NCBI GenBank assembly: GCA_005799065.1
Contig: SYHW01000037.1
Span: forward strand, 18,575 to 82,574
DNA: 64,000 nucleotides
Direction of reading: 5' to 3'
Source of the DNA: Bacteroidota bacterium
GTDB lineage: Bacteria > Bacteroidota > Bacteroidia > UBA7662
Shown: piece by piece, positions 33,993-43,887 of the stretch
How positions within the stretch are numbered: position 1 is the first letter of the stretch
Layout: the number at the start of each line of letters is the position of its first letter
Made by a program: the position numbers and the translations under genes
The notes under the pieces: generated by a model
What the model was told of the DNA's origin: nothing
Database searches by the model: none
The model's input: the letters and a program-made list of their open reading frames with translations, nothing else

Positions 33993-36596
33993 ATGCCTGA
34001 GGATGCCCACTACGCCGAAATCTTATTGCCGCTGCACATCCCGGGTACATATACCTACCGAGTGCCCGACGCCTTGGTTGCTGCATTGCAAATAGGGATA
34101 CGGGTGGTGGTGCCCCTCGGTCGAAACCGGCTAGTGGCTGGACTCATCTGGTCCATGCACCGGAATCCACCCGAAAAAGGTACAGCACGGGATATCATTG
34201 ATGTGCTCGATGACCAGCCCGTGGTCGATGAACGCATGAGGAAGTTTTGGGAATGGATGTCGTCCTATTACCTCTGTTATCTGGGCGATGTTATGCAGGC
34301 CGCGCTACCCAGTGCCATGCGCATCAGTTCTGAAACCCGCTTTGCTCGCGACCCCGATTTCGACGCAGTGGCATTTCATCAGGCCTACCAATCGAGCAGT
34401 GATGAAGCGTTGCTTTTGCGCAGCCTAATGTCCCTTGAAGCCGATGAGAACTCAAAAGGGGAGATCTTAAAAGGGGGGGACCCCGGAATGGAGGACCCCG
34501 GAACGGAAGGCTCGGGAGAGAAGAACGCAACCGGTGAGGAAAAATCCTACGCGGTTTGGGCTGATGCGCGCCACAGCATGGCTCAGGCACAAATACAGCA
34601 GTTGCTTGGCCGGAAGTTGGTGGGTGGACTTCTTCGACGACTTGTAGCCCAGGGCCACATTCGAACTGTTGAAAGCCTCGATCACAAGTACAAGGAGAAA
34701 AGAGTCCGTTATTATCGACTGGCCGAGGCCTATCGTCATGATGAATCACTTCGTTCGCTCATGCAGGAGGTTGAACGGCGTTCTCCGCGACAAACAGACG
34801 TGCTCATGGCCTATCTACAGGAGTCGCCTGCCCGCGCCTGGGTGGCCCGAAAGCAGTTGGTCGATCATAAAAAATTACCTGCCCACGTGCTGCAGAACTT
34901 GGTGGATAAAGGAATATTAGAAGTTACCACTTTTCGGGTGGATCGAGTGCCCGTGGTTGTGGGGCGCGGCGAAGCCTACACCTTATCGGATCGTCAACTT
35001 CAAGCACTCAAAGAAACAGAACAGGCTTGGTTGCAACGCCTACCCGTACTCTTGTATGGTTGGACAGGCAGTGGAAAAACCCTGCTTTATGTGGAGCTGA
35101 TTCGCCGAATCCTGGCCAACGGGGAGCAGGCACTTTATATCCTTCCCGAAATTGCCCTCACCACCCAACTGCTCGAGCGTTTGAGCCGCTATTTGGGAAC
35201 GGGTATTGCGATGTACCATTCACGCTTCAGTGATTCCGAGCGCGCTGAGATTTGGCAACAAGTGGCCGACGGACAAGCGCGGGTGGTTTTAGGTGCACGT
35301 TCGGCTGTCTTCCTCCCCTTTCGCAAGCTGGGGATGGTGGTGGTCGACGAGGAACACGATGCGTCCTTTAAGCAGGAGGATCCGGCCCCCCGCTACCACG
35401 GCCGCGACTCGGCTTTGGTTTTGGCAGCCTCACACGGAAGTCGGGTGATCTTGGGGTCGGCCACCCCTTCTATGGAGAGTTGGTACCTGGCCACAACGGG
35501 AAAATACCATTTGGTGCGCTTGGAAGAACGCTTCGGAGGGATACAGCTACCGCAAATTCATCGGGTGGATCTATTGGCCGAGAAGCGCAACAAAACCCTA
35601 AAAGGAGAGTTGTCTGGGGCGCTTTGTACGGCCATTCAGAAAAGGCTCGATCGTCAAGAACAAATCATCCTCTTGCAAAATCGACGGGGTTATGTGCCCT
35701 ACACCGAATGTGCCGATTGTGGCTGGACACCGGGCTGCACCGATTGCGACATCACCCTAACTTTTCATAAAACCAGGCACCGCATGGCTTGTCACTATTG
35801 TGGTTTCCAGGCCACTCCAGCGCCTGCTTGCCCCGCCTGCGGCAGCATCCAGCTGAAAACCAGGGGATTTGGTACGGAGAAAATAGAGGAGGAGGTGCTT
35901 CAGGTGTTCCCGAACATCCGATTGGCTCGACTCGACCAGGACGTAGCCCGCAAAAAGCATGCCTATGCCGATATCCTTGGTCGGTTTGAAGCCGGGCAGC
36001 TTGATCTTTTGGTGGGCACCCAAATGGTGGCCAAGGGATTAGACTTCGAAAGGGTAACCCTCGTGGGGGTGCTTAATGCCGATTCAGGACTTAAAATACC
36101 CGATTTTAGGGCGCAAGAACGTACTTTTCAGTTGTTGAGTCAGGTGAGTGGCCGGTCGGGTCGGCGCCGGGTACGGGGTGAAGTGCTGATTCAATCGCGT
36201 CAACCACGGCATCCGTTGTTTCAACTCATCCAGGATCATAACTACAGCGGATTTATAGAGGCCGAATTAGGCAATCGATCCACTCACGGTTATCCACCCT
36301 TCGTCCGTCTTATCCGTTTGAGCATCCGGCACCGGCAAGAGGCCACCGCATCGCGCGCTGCTCTATGGTTGGCGAATGAACTGCGTCGACTCCTTGGCCC
36401 AAGAGTTACAGGTCCTTCCGTACCCACGATTGCCCGGGTCCGAAACGAATACCACCGCGAGTTGTTGCTTAAAATTGAGCGAGCAGGTCCCGATTTGGCT
36501 AAGGTTAAACGAAACGTTATGGATGCAGTCACCGCCCTCGAAGAAAGTTCGCTGGGGCACCAATGCCGCATTTGGCTGGATGTGGATCCCGCTTAA
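33993..36596 (+). CDS. priA: Primosomal protein N' (replication restart helicase PriA)
   Basis: Walker A GWTGSGKT, DEEH box VVVDEEHD, the Cys-rich zinc region CADCGW...CTDC...CHYCG...CPACGS, and the C-terminal domain. Confidence 0.9.
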   Translation: MPEDAHYAEILLPLHIPGTYTYRVPDALVAALQIGIRVVVPLGRNRLVAGLIWSMHRNPPEKGTARDIIDVLDDQPVVDERMRKFWEWMSSYYLCYLGDVMQAALPSAMRISSETRFARDPDFDAVAFHQAYQSSSDEALLLRSLMSLEADENSKGEILKGGDPGMEDPGTEGSGEKNATGEEKSYAVWADARHSMAQAQIQQLLGRKLVGGLLRRLVAQGHIRTVESLDHKYKEKRVRYYRLAEAYRHDESLRSLMQEVERRSPRQTDVLMAYLQESPARAWVARKQLVDHKKLPAHVLQNLVDKGILEVTTFRVDRVPVVVGRGEAYTLSDRQLQALKETEQAWLQRLPVLLYGWTGSGKTLLYVELIRRILANGEQALYILPEIALTTQLLERLSRYLGTGIAMYHSRFSDSERAEIWQQVADGQARVVLGARSAVFLPFRKLGMVVVDEEHDASFKQEDPAPRYHGRDSALVLAASHGSRVILGSATPSMESWYLATTGKYHLVRLEERFGGIQLPQIHRVDLLAEKRNKTLKGELSGALCTAIQKRLDRQEQIILLQNRRGYVPYTECADCGWTPGCTDCDITLTFHKTRHRMACHYCGFQATPAPACPACGSIQLKTRGFGTEKIEEEVLQVFPNIRLARLDQDVARKKHAYADILGRFEAGQLDLLVGTQMVAKGLDFERVTLVGVLNADSGLKIPDFRAQERTFQLLSQVSGRSGRRRVRGEVLIQSRQPRHPLFQLIQDHNYSGFIEAELGNRSTHGYPPFVRLIRLSIRHRQEATASRAALWLANELRRLLGPRVTGPSVPTIARVRNEYHRELLLKIERAGPDLAKVKRNVMDAVTALEESSLGHQCRIWLDVDPA

Positions 36597-36627
36597 TGCG
36601 TACCTATAAAAGCCGCATGATCACTCG

Positions 36628-36635
36628 TATTTTTG
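36628..36635 (+). promoter_or_regulatory. Candidate -7 box TATTTTTG upstream of the thioredoxin-fold gene
   Basis: Exact TAnnTTTG match 29 nt before ATG 36665. This supports the shorter start. Confidence 0.35.
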
Positions 36636-36664
36636 CAGCAATCCATACCGCCGCCAAGCCACTT

Positions 36665-37993
36665 ATGAAAAACCACCTTTTCTCCTTATTCATTCTATTG
36701 ATTTTGCCTTGCGTGCCACTCAAAGCTCAATCTCTCGGGGGCACCCTCAAGGCCGATCCAGGTACCGAACTGCTGCTGATCGGCTTCACAGTTAATGACC
36801 TCGACACAGTAGCCAAAGGTTCAGTGGGAATGGGGGGTAGTTTCAAGCTCACCCCCGCCGGTCCCAACTACCACGGAATGTATCGGCTCGTGTGGAAGGG
36901 TGAAGGAGTGGATCTGGTTTGGGACGGAAGCAACATACGATTCACCCACTATGGGGGCGATAGCGTGGATGTACAAGAGGGAAATGCGTGGAAGGAGTAC
37001 AGAAAACTCACGCGCATGCTCACGGAGCTTCGGAGAAAGGAAAAGCTCCTCAAGCAACTGCAGGTCGATTTCGCCGACGAAAAAGCACTCACCACCGAGG
37101 CGGAGCGAGGCATGCAGCGGGTGGCGGCACGTACCGACAGCCTGAAACGAGCGGTCGATCAGGCGCAGGCGGGCGACATCGCACTGGGCATGATCCGTTT
37201 CGAATGGCCCTTTATCGGACGAGACAAGGAAGATCTAACAGCAGAGTTGAAACCAGGGCGTTACCTGTCTTTGCTTACACTCGACGACAGCAATGCCCTG
37301 CATCACCCCCATCTCACTCGCCACATTGTCGAGTATTTTGGCATGTATGAACCCACTGAAGAAGCCTCAGAGGATCTTCAGGCACTACTCTTCATGAACA
37401 GTGTTCTGGAAAAACTCGAGCGGTCGCACCCATCGTATTTCTATCCGGTCAGTGATTTTCTGCGCATGGGGATGGAGTCGATGAATCGAGCTGGAGCCCT
37501 CCAACTTCTGGCCATGAAGGTGAGCGCACGAGAGGCATGCGACAATCCGGCATTGGAACAACGGCTTAAAGGGCAGTTGAATCGATATTTGGCTGTTTTG
37601 CCCGGCATGAAGGCACCCGATCTCGACTCGCTCTATACCACCGACGGACGCTATACACTGCTCAAGCCAGCGGGGGGATTGTATATATTTTGGCGGGCGG
37701 GATGCGACCATTGCATGGAACAGCTACCGGTGATTATGGAGCGGTGGAAGTCTAAATCGCCCCAACTGAAAGTCACAACGGTTAGTCTCGACACTGCACC
37801 CGAGGGCTGGCTCAAAGCAATCGGGGGATGGCAAGGATGGACCCACCTCCGAGATCCGGCGGGTCAATTGGGCACCAATGCCGCCAACTACCTCTTAGTG
37901 GCCACACCGATGTATATGTGGGTAGATCCACAAGGCACCATCATCGATATTTTCAGGAGTGAAACCCAGCTTTTTGCCAAAATGGGTTGGTAG
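36665..37993 (+). CDS. Secreted thioredoxin-fold protein (TlpA/ResA-like, CxxC = CDHC)
   Basis: The signal peptide MKNHLFSLFILLILPCVPLKAQ begins at ATG 36665. The C-terminal region YIFWRAGCDHCMEQLP is thioredoxin-like. Confidence 0.6.
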   Translation: MKNHLFSLFILLILPCVPLKAQSLGGTLKADPGTELLLIGFTVNDLDTVAKGSVGMGGSFKLTPAGPNYHGMYRLVWKGEGVDLVWDGSNIRFTHYGGDSVDVQEGNAWKEYRKLTRMLTELRRKEKLLKQLQVDFADEKALTTEAERGMQRVAARTDSLKRAVDQAQAGDIALGMIRFEWPFIGRDKEDLTAELKPGRYLSLLTLDDSNALHHPHLTRHIVEYFGMYEPTEEASEDLQALLFMNSVLEKLERSHPSYFYPVSDFLRMGMESMNRAGALQLLAMKVSAREACDNPALEQRLKGQLNRYLAVLPGMKAPDLDSLYTTDGRYTLLKPAGGLYIFWRAGCDHCMEQLPVIMERWKSKSPQLKVTTVSLDTAPEGWLKAIGGWQGWTHLRDPAGQLGTNAANYLLVATPMYMWVDPQGTIIDIFRSETQLFAKMGW

Positions 37994-38027
37994 AATATCG
38001 CATGGCCTTTATTGGCTTATATTTGCG

Positions 38028-38035
38028 CTCCTGAA
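38028..38035 (+). promoter_or_regulatory. Candidate -7 box TATATTTG upstream of pepA
   Basis: Exact TAnnTTTG match. The same 14-mer TATATTTGCGCTCC recurs upstream of tRNA-Pro. Confidence 0.35.
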
Positions 38036-38109
38036 TCGTTCATGCGTAATTTTTAACGAAGAGCGTGTTTCCATGGCCGTAATGTGCCCTATTTGAATTT
38101 GATAAACCC

Positions 38110-39651
38110 ATGATGAATCCCAATCAACAGCCACCTCGACCCCGTATGTCGCCACCACGCGTTCAGCTTGTTGCCCAAGACGCGCACGTCCCCCAGGATG
38201 CAGCGCGCGTTTGGTTGAGTAGATTGGGGGGCACATCGCTACCGGCCGATCAAACGGCCAACCGAGCCTACGTTGAGCGCAGACTATCGAAAAAGGGAGG
38301 CGTTTTGGCCGTACATCAACTGCCGAACTTGAGCTGGGTTGTATGGCAGAAAGAACAAGGTTCGGATTTGGGTGGGCGTGTTGCGCAAAATGAGCATGCG
38401 CGCGCCAAACAGATGGAGGCCCTCCGGCAGATGGGTGGTCAGCTTCAGAAGGCACTTCAGGCCGAAGAGGTCGAAACGCTTTGGTTGACGGGTGATGCGG
38501 AGGCCGACGAAATATTGGCCCTTGTTGAGGGACTCGGCCTGGCGGCTTATCGTTTTCGTACCTATTTGAAGTCACCTGAAAAACCCCCGGTCGATTTAAC
38601 TGAAATACAGATTTGTTCAGCAGGGTCTGCAGGGCTGCATCAAGGAGCGGTCGATGAGCTTTCCGCGCTTTGGGAGGCGGTTTATACGGCGCGTGATTGG
38701 GTCAATGAACCCAACAGCTACCTTTCGGCCCCGCAATTTGCCAAAGAAGTGCTGCGCTGGTCGACTCAAACCGGCTTTCATGCTGAGATTTTCCATAAGA
38801 AGCAAATCGAGAGCCTCAAAATGGGAGGGCTCTTGGCGGTTAATAAAGGCTCTGTTCAGCCGCCCGTATTTATGGTGTTGGAGTGGAAACCTGAGTGGCC
38901 GCAAGGAACAAAATCAGATGAACAGAAACCCATCGTTCTGGTCGGGAAGGGGGTGGTTTATGACACGGGTGGACTTAGTCTGAAGCCAACACCGGGCAGT
39001 ATGGACAGCATGAAGTGCGATATGGCGGGCGCCGCCGCGGTGGCGGCAACCATCGGGGCTGCAGCACGCATGCGCTTGCCCGTTCACCTCATTGGACTCA
39101 TCCCGGCCACCGACAACCGGCCGTCGGGCGAGGCCTATGCCCCAGGGGATGTCATCACCATTTCGGATGGCACCACCGTGGAAGTCTTGAACACCGATGC
39201 CGAAGGACGGCTTATACTCGCTGATGCCCTGCATTATGCCAAGAAATACGAACCGCAACTGGTCGTGGACCTGGCCACGCTGACCGGATCGGCAGTATTG
39301 GCTATTGGATCACAAGGCGCGGTTGTTATGGGTACCGCAGAAGATGCAACCATAGACGCTTTTGAACAATCGGGTCTAGCCGTACATGAGCGACTTGCGC
39401 CATTCCCCTTGTGGGATGAGTACGGAGAAATGCTTAAAAGTCATATTGCGGATTTGAAAAATATTGGTGGAAGAGAAGCGGGCGCTATAACGGCAGGCAA
39501 GTTTTTGCAGCACTTTACCGATTATCCCTGGGTGCACATCGACATCGCTGGCCCTGCTTTTCTTGACAGCGAAAGCAGTTATCGCGGCAAGCATGGAACA
39601 GGATTCGGTGTGCGGCTTTTGCTTCATTTTCTCAAAAGATATACGCAATGA
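38110..39651 (+). CDS. pepA: Leucyl aminopeptidase (M17)
   Basis: VGKGVVYDTGGLSLKP, MKCDMAGAAAV and NTDAEGRLILADAL motifs. The exact start is uncertain (ATG 38110, 38113 or 38146). Confidence 0.9.
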   Translation: MMNPNQQPPRPRMSPPRVQLVAQDAHVPQDAARVWLSRLGGTSLPADQTANRAYVERRLSKKGGVLAVHQLPNLSWVVWQKEQGSDLGGRVAQNEHARAKQMEALRQMGGQLQKALQAEEVETLWLTGDAEADEILALVEGLGLAAYRFRTYLKSPEKPPVDLTEIQICSAGSAGLHQGAVDELSALWEAVYTARDWVNEPNSYLSAPQFAKEVLRWSTQTGFHAEIFHKKQIESLKMGGLLAVNKGSVQPPVFMVLEWKPEWPQGTKSDEQKPIVLVGKGVVYDTGGLSLKPTPGSMDSMKCDMAGAAAVAATIGAAARMRLPVHLIGLIPATDNRPSGEAYAPGDVITISDGTTVEVLNTDAEGRLILADALHYAKKYEPQLVVDLATLTGSAVLAIGSQGAVVMGTAEDATIDAFEQSGLAVHERLAPFPLWDEYGEMLKSHIADLKNIGGREAGAITAGKFLQHFTDYPWVHIDIAGPAFLDSESSYRGKHGTGFGVRLLLHFLKRYTQ

Positions 39652-40733
39652 GCGATAAACCCCGCATTGGCATCAGTTGTGGAGACTTAAATGGGGTGGG
39701 TATGGAGTTGGTACTTCGCATCCTCAGCGACCCGCGCATCCTTCATTCCATGACCCCCATTGTTTATGCGCCACAGCGTGCCGTTGGCCTATACCGAAGG
39801 ATATTGGGGATTCAGGATTGGAATTTATTGACCATCGAAACGCCACAGCAGGCCCCGGCCCGCAAGGCATGTCTAATCAATTTATCGGCCGAAGAACTTG
39901 GAATTGTGCCGGGTCAACCCGATCCCCAGCTCGCGCGGTTTGCCCGGTTATCCCTCGAACGTGCGGTAGCGGACCTCAAATCAGGAGCCTTGGATGCATT
40001 GGTGACGGCCCCAATCAATAAAGCTGGAATACAGGGCGACGGATTTCAAGTGCCCGGACACACGGAATTTTTGCAGAAGGAGTTTCCCGCAGGCAACGCC
40101 ATGATGATCCTGCTGGGCGACCACATGAAAGTGGCAACGGTAACGGGTCACATCGCCCTTAAGGAGGTGCCCACGGCCCTCACCCAAGCGCGCGTGTCCG
40201 AAAGCATCCGCCGTTTTGCCCGGATCCTGACGCAAGACTTTGCGATTACAAGACCAAAAATCGCTGTACTTTCTCTGAATCCACACGCCGGTGATGCTGG
40301 ATTGTTGGGCGATGAGGAGCAAAAGGTTATCATACCGGCCATCGAAGCGGTGCAATCGGAGGGTATTCTGGCCTGGGGCCCTTATGGAGCGGATGGTTTC
40401 TTTGGCACGGCTCGTTATGCGCATTTCGACGGTGTGCTCGGGATGTACCACGATCAGGTCCTTACCCCTTTTAAGGCCTTGTGCTTCGATTCTGGGGTGA
40501 ATTTCACGGCTGGCTTGCCAGTGGTGCGCACGTCGCCCGATCATGGAACGGCTTATGAATTGGCCGGACAAAAAAAGGCGGATCCATCCTCATTCAGAAG
40601 CGCACTCTACGCTGCAGTAGACATACTGCGCACACGCCGCGAGCAATTAGCGCTGGAGGCGGGGGCTTTAAGGTCAAGTACAGTTCTTGTTGCCTTTATC
40701 CTTTTTTTTCCGTACCTTTGCGGCCTAACTTGA
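39648..40733 (+). CDS. pdxA: 4-hydroxythreonine-4-phosphate dehydrogenase
   Basis: GISCGDLNGVGMEL, TAPINK, PGHTEFL, NPHAGD and SPDHGTA motifs. The start overlaps the pepA stop (ATGA). Confidence 0.9.
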   Translation: MSDKPRIGISCGDLNGVGMELVLRILSDPRILHSMTPIVYAPQRAVGLYRRILGIQDWNLLTIETPQQAPARKACLINLSAEELGIVPGQPDPQLARFARLSLERAVADLKSGALDALVTAPINKAGIQGDGFQVPGHTEFLQKEFPAGNAMMILLGDHMKVATVTGHIALKEVPTALTQARVSESIRRFARILTQDFAITRPKIAVLSLNPHAGDAGLLGDEEQKVIIPAIEAVQSEGILAWGPYGADGFFGTARYAHFDGVLGMYHDQVLTPFKALCFDSGVNFTAGLPVVRTSPDHGTAYELAGQKKADPSSFRSALYAAVDILRTRREQLALEAGALRSSTVLVAFILFFPYLCGLT

Positions 40734-40738
40734 GCCGT

Positions 40739-41281
40739 ATGGCCTCGCAGTCGACTACCGCATACGAAATACGCTTTTCAGCGCTTAAAAACGGGTTTCA
40801 TTACTACGATTATGCGCTCAATCAGGCTTTTTTTAAGCAGTTTCCAGAGAGCCTGATCACCCAAGCATTCATCAATGTGCGCCTTTGCCTCGAACGTAAG
40901 ACACGGGAGATGGTGTTAGACTTCAGGTTGAGCGGCAGTATTCAGGGTGTTTGCGATCGTTGTCTGACTGAATTGGATCACCCAGTGGAAGGCGACACCC
41001 GGCTGTTGGTTAAAATCGAAGATGAGCCCATCGGAAACACCGATCAAATTTGGTACGTTTCAACAACGGCCTGGTCGTTTCAGTTGGCCGAATACCTATA
41101 TGAATCGGCTAGTTTGCTTCTTCCCCTTCGGTTAGTATGCCGTGCCGATCAACAATTGGCCTGTGATGAACGTCTGTCTTCATGGATGTCTCATACGACC
41201 AACTCTATTGCTCACACCCCAGAGGTTGTCGAACAAACCGACCCTCGCTGGGAAAAATTAAAACAACTTAAGATCAACTGA
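40739..41281 (+). CDS. YceD/DUF177 family protein (upstream partner of rpmF)
   Basis: Conserved position immediately before L32, the CDRCL motif and ~180 aa size. Start set at ATG 40739, after the pdxA stop. Confidence 0.7.
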   Translation: MASQSTTAYEIRFSALKNGFHYYDYALNQAFFKQFPESLITQAFINVRLCLERKTREMVLDFRLSGSIQGVCDRCLTELDHPVEGDTRLLVKIEDEPIGNTDQIWYVSTTAWSFQLAEYLYESASLLLPLRLVCRADQQLACDERLSSWMSHTTNSIAHTPEVVEQTDPRWEKLKQLKIN

Positions 41282-41282
41282 T

Positions 41283-41471
41283 ATGCCAAATCCCAAACAC
41301 CGACATTCCCGCAGCCGCCGCGATAAGCGTCGTACACACTACACGGCTGAAGCGCCTACATTGGCTGTTTGTCCGACCACAGGTCAACCTCATCTTTTCC
41401 ACAGAGCCCATTGGTTCGAGGGTAAGATGTACTACCGTGGCAAGGTCGTGATGGAAAAGGCCATTGCATAA
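41283..41471 (+). CDS. rpmF: 50S ribosomal protein L32
   Basis: [21 protein letters not shown]-terminus, 62 aa. Confidence 0.95.
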   Translation: MPNPKHRHSRSRRDKRRTHYTAEAPTLAVCPTTGQPHLFHRAHWFEGKMYYRGKVVMEKAIA

Positions 41472-41578
41472 TGATCATATTCAGCCGTCGATCGGTTGAA
41501 TATCCCCATCCCAATACGCTCGAATTCCATAATTGGAATTTATTCCCCTTTGATGGGCGTGGGATTTCGTGTTCTTGA

Positions 41579-42643
41579 ATGAATAAAATGACCGAAACCA
41601 GAAGAACAGCGGCCATTACTGGGATCCATGCGTGGGCCCCGAGGAATGTTGTTGCCAACAGCCGCCTGGAGCAGTTGATGGAAACCACTGATGAGTGGAT
41701 TACCGCTCGGACAGGCATCAAGGAGCGCAGGTGGATGGAAGAGCCTGGCCTGGCAACATCCGATTTGGCCGTGAAAGCGGTGGAAGGATTGCTGAGAAAA
41801 ACGGGCACTAATCCTCTGGATGTTGAGCTACTCATTTGTTGCACAGCAACCCCTGATATGGCTTTCCCTGCAACCGCCAATGTTATTACGGATAAGTTAG
41901 GAATGACCCAAACGGCTGGGTTTGACTTGTCGGCTGCTTGTTCGGGTTTTCTGTTTGGGGTAAACACCGCTGCTCGGTACATAGAAAGCGGTGTATACAA
42001 AAAAGTGATCGTGGTTGGGGCCGACAAAATGACATCAATCATCGATTTGCAAGACCGTTCAACGGCCATCATATTCGGCGACGGTGCGGGTGCCATTCTG
42101 CTCGAGCCAGACCATGATGGCTTTGGCGTACTCGATGGCATCATGCGCAGCGATGGGGTTGGCCGAACCTACCTGTGTCAAAAGGCGGGCGGATCATTGA
42201 ATCCGGCGAGCCCAGAAACGGTTGCCCGAAAGGAGCACTTCATTCATCAGGAGGGAAAAACCGTGTTTAAATTTGCCGTAACCAACATGGCGGGGGTAGC
42301 TGAGGAAATTATGGAACGCAATGGCTTAACCGCCGACGATGTCCAGTGGCTGGTGCCCCATCAGGCCAATAAGCGCATCATCGATGCAACGCGCGAACGG
42401 ACTGCCCTCCCCGAGGAAAAGGTGATGGTCAACATTCAGCGTTATGGCAACACCACGAATGCATCCATCCCATTGTGCTTGCATGAGTGGGAGCCTCAAC
42501 TTAAAAAGGGTGATAATCTGATCTTGGCGGCCTTTGGCGGTGGTTTTACCTGGGGGTCTCTTTATGTGCGCTGGGCCTTTGATGGTGCCAAAGCCCTCAA
42601 TCTAACCGATGTCCAGCCGGGCCAACTCAACCTTATACCCTAA
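41579..42643 (+). CDS. fabH: Beta-ketoacyl-ACP synthase III
   Basis: Active-site Cys context FDLSAACSGFLFG, plus the His and Asn regions (VPHQANKRI, GNTTNASIP). Confidence 0.9.
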   Translation: MNKMTETRRTAAITGIHAWAPRNVVANSRLEQLMETTDEWITARTGIKERRWMEEPGLATSDLAVKAVEGLLRKTGTNPLDVELLICCTATPDMAFPATANVITDKLGMTQTAGFDLSAACSGFLFGVNTAARYIESGVYKKVIVVGADKMTSIIDLQDRSTAIIFGDGAGAILLEPDHDGFGVLDGIMRSDGVGRTYLCQKAGGSLNPASPETVARKEHFIHQEGKTVFKFAVTNMAGVAEEIMERNGLTADDVQWLVPHQANKRIIDATRERTALPEEKVMVNIQRYGNTTNASIPLCLHEWEPQLKKGDNLILAAFGGGFTWGSLYVRWAFDGAKALNLTDVQPGQLNLIP

Positions 42644-42666
42644 TTAATCAACAATTCACTTAAAAT

Positions 42667-42755
42667 CCATTCACCAGTATTTTTTAAGTTCCAGTCAACC
42701 AGTATTTTTTAGGTTCCATTCACCAGTATTTTATTAGGCTTTAGTCAACCAACGA
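42667..42755. repeat. About 3.5 tandem copies of a ~25-bp unit (CCAKTCAACCAGTATTTTTTAGGTT-like) in the efp leader
   Basis: Units start at 42667, 42691 and 42716, with a partial unit at 42742. The region is otherwise non-coding. Confidence 0.85.
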
Positions 42756-42772
42756 CCAATCCAATTCCTATT

Positions 42773-43339
42773 ATGGCATCAACATCCGAATTTCGCAATG
42801 GACTTTGCATCAAATTCAACCATGACATCTATCAAGTTGTCGAATTTTTGCATGTAAAACCGGGTAAAGGAGCCGCATTTGTGCGCACTAAACTCAAGAG
42901 TATGACCAACGGAAGGGTTTTGGAAAACACCTTTCCCGCTGGAGCAAAAATTGATACCGTTCGGGTAGAAACCCGCGAATTGCAATACCTCTACCAAGAT
43001 GATCTGGGGTTTAATTTTATGGACAGCGAGAGTTTCGAACAGTTTTCAGTCGAAGAGCATAAAATCAATGCGCCTCGTTTCCTAAAGGAAGGAGCGGTGT
43101 GCCTAGCCCTAGTGAATTCGGAGGATGAGAACATTTTGGGCCTTGAATTACCCCATATGGTGGAGATGGAGGTGACCTACACTGAGCCGGGTCTAAAAGG
43201 CGACACCGCCAGCGGTTCTGCTCTAAAACCAGCAGTCGTCGATAATGGCCCAAGCGTTCAAGTGCCTTTGTTTGTTAATCAAGGCGACCGCATCCGCATC
43301 GACACCCGCACAGGCGACTACGTCGAAAGAGTCAAATAA
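42773..43339 (+). CDS. efp: Elongation factor P
   Basis: [42 protein letters not shown]; 188 aa. Confidence 0.95.
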   Translation: MASTSEFRNGLCIKFNHDIYQVVEFLHVKPGKGAAFVRTKLKSMTNGRVLENTFPAGAKIDTVRVETRELQYLYQDDLGFNFMDSESFEQFSVEEHKINAPRFLKEGAVCLALVNSEDENILGLELPHMVEMEVTYTEPGLKGDTASGSALKPAVVDNGPSVQVPLFVNQGDRIRIDTRTGDYVERVK

Positions 43340-43358
43340 TCCCTTATTTTTGAAGATT

Positions 43359-43859
43359 ATGGATATCAAAGAAATTCAAGACCTGATCAGGTTTGTAGCT
43401 AAGTCGGGCGTCACAGAAGTTGAATTGGAAAAAGAGGGGTTTAAACTGGTGATCAAGTCATCTGGTACAGTACAAAACGGCGGGCATGCAACACCTACAG
43501 TTGTTATGCCTGCGCCCGTTGCCTACGCGACCGCCCCCGTTGCGCCGATGCCTGCACCTGTAGTGCCTGCAACAGTCAATACCACGGCCCCTCCTGTACA
43601 AGCACCTGCTACGGCTTCAGGCGCCGTGCTCAAATCACCCATGATTGGAACCTTTTACCGGTCTTCGGGTCCCGACAAAGAACCCTTCGTTAAAGTAGGT
43701 GATCGGGTCGAAAAAGGCCAGGTCATTTGTATCGTGGAGGCTATGAAGTTATTCAACGAAATCGAGGCCGAGCAATCGGGCACCATCACCAAGGTATTGG
43801 TTGAGAATTCGACGCCAGTCGAATACGATCAACCCCTTTTTGAGATTGATCCATCTTGA
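43359..43859 (+). CDS. accB: Acetyl-CoA carboxylase biotin carboxyl carrier protein
   Basis: [13 protein letters not shown] start, a P/A-rich linker and the biotinylation motif [11 protein letters not shown]. The tracked ORF start at 43245 lies inside efp. Confidence 0.9.
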   Translation: MDIKEIQDLIRFVAKSGVTEVELEKEGFKLVIKSSGTVQNGGHATPTVVMPAPVAYATAPVAPMPAPVVPATVNTTAPPVQAPATASGAVLKSPMIGTFYRSSGPDKEPFVKVGDRVEKGQVICIVEAMKLFNEIEAEQSGTITKVLVENSTPVEYDQPLFEIDPS

Positions 43860-43887
43860 TTTTAGACCGACGACAAAGCCCAGCACT

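Noticed and set aside
38009-38575. 188-aa minus-strand ORF opposite the 5' part of pepA
   Set aside because: It is P/R/S/A-rich and motif-free, and it overlaps the M17 peptidase coding frame and its candidate promoter. It is treated as an antisense artefact.
41356-42144. 262-aa minus-strand ORF
   Set aside because: It is antisense to rpmF and fabH, both of which have unambiguous signatures. It has no motif of its own.
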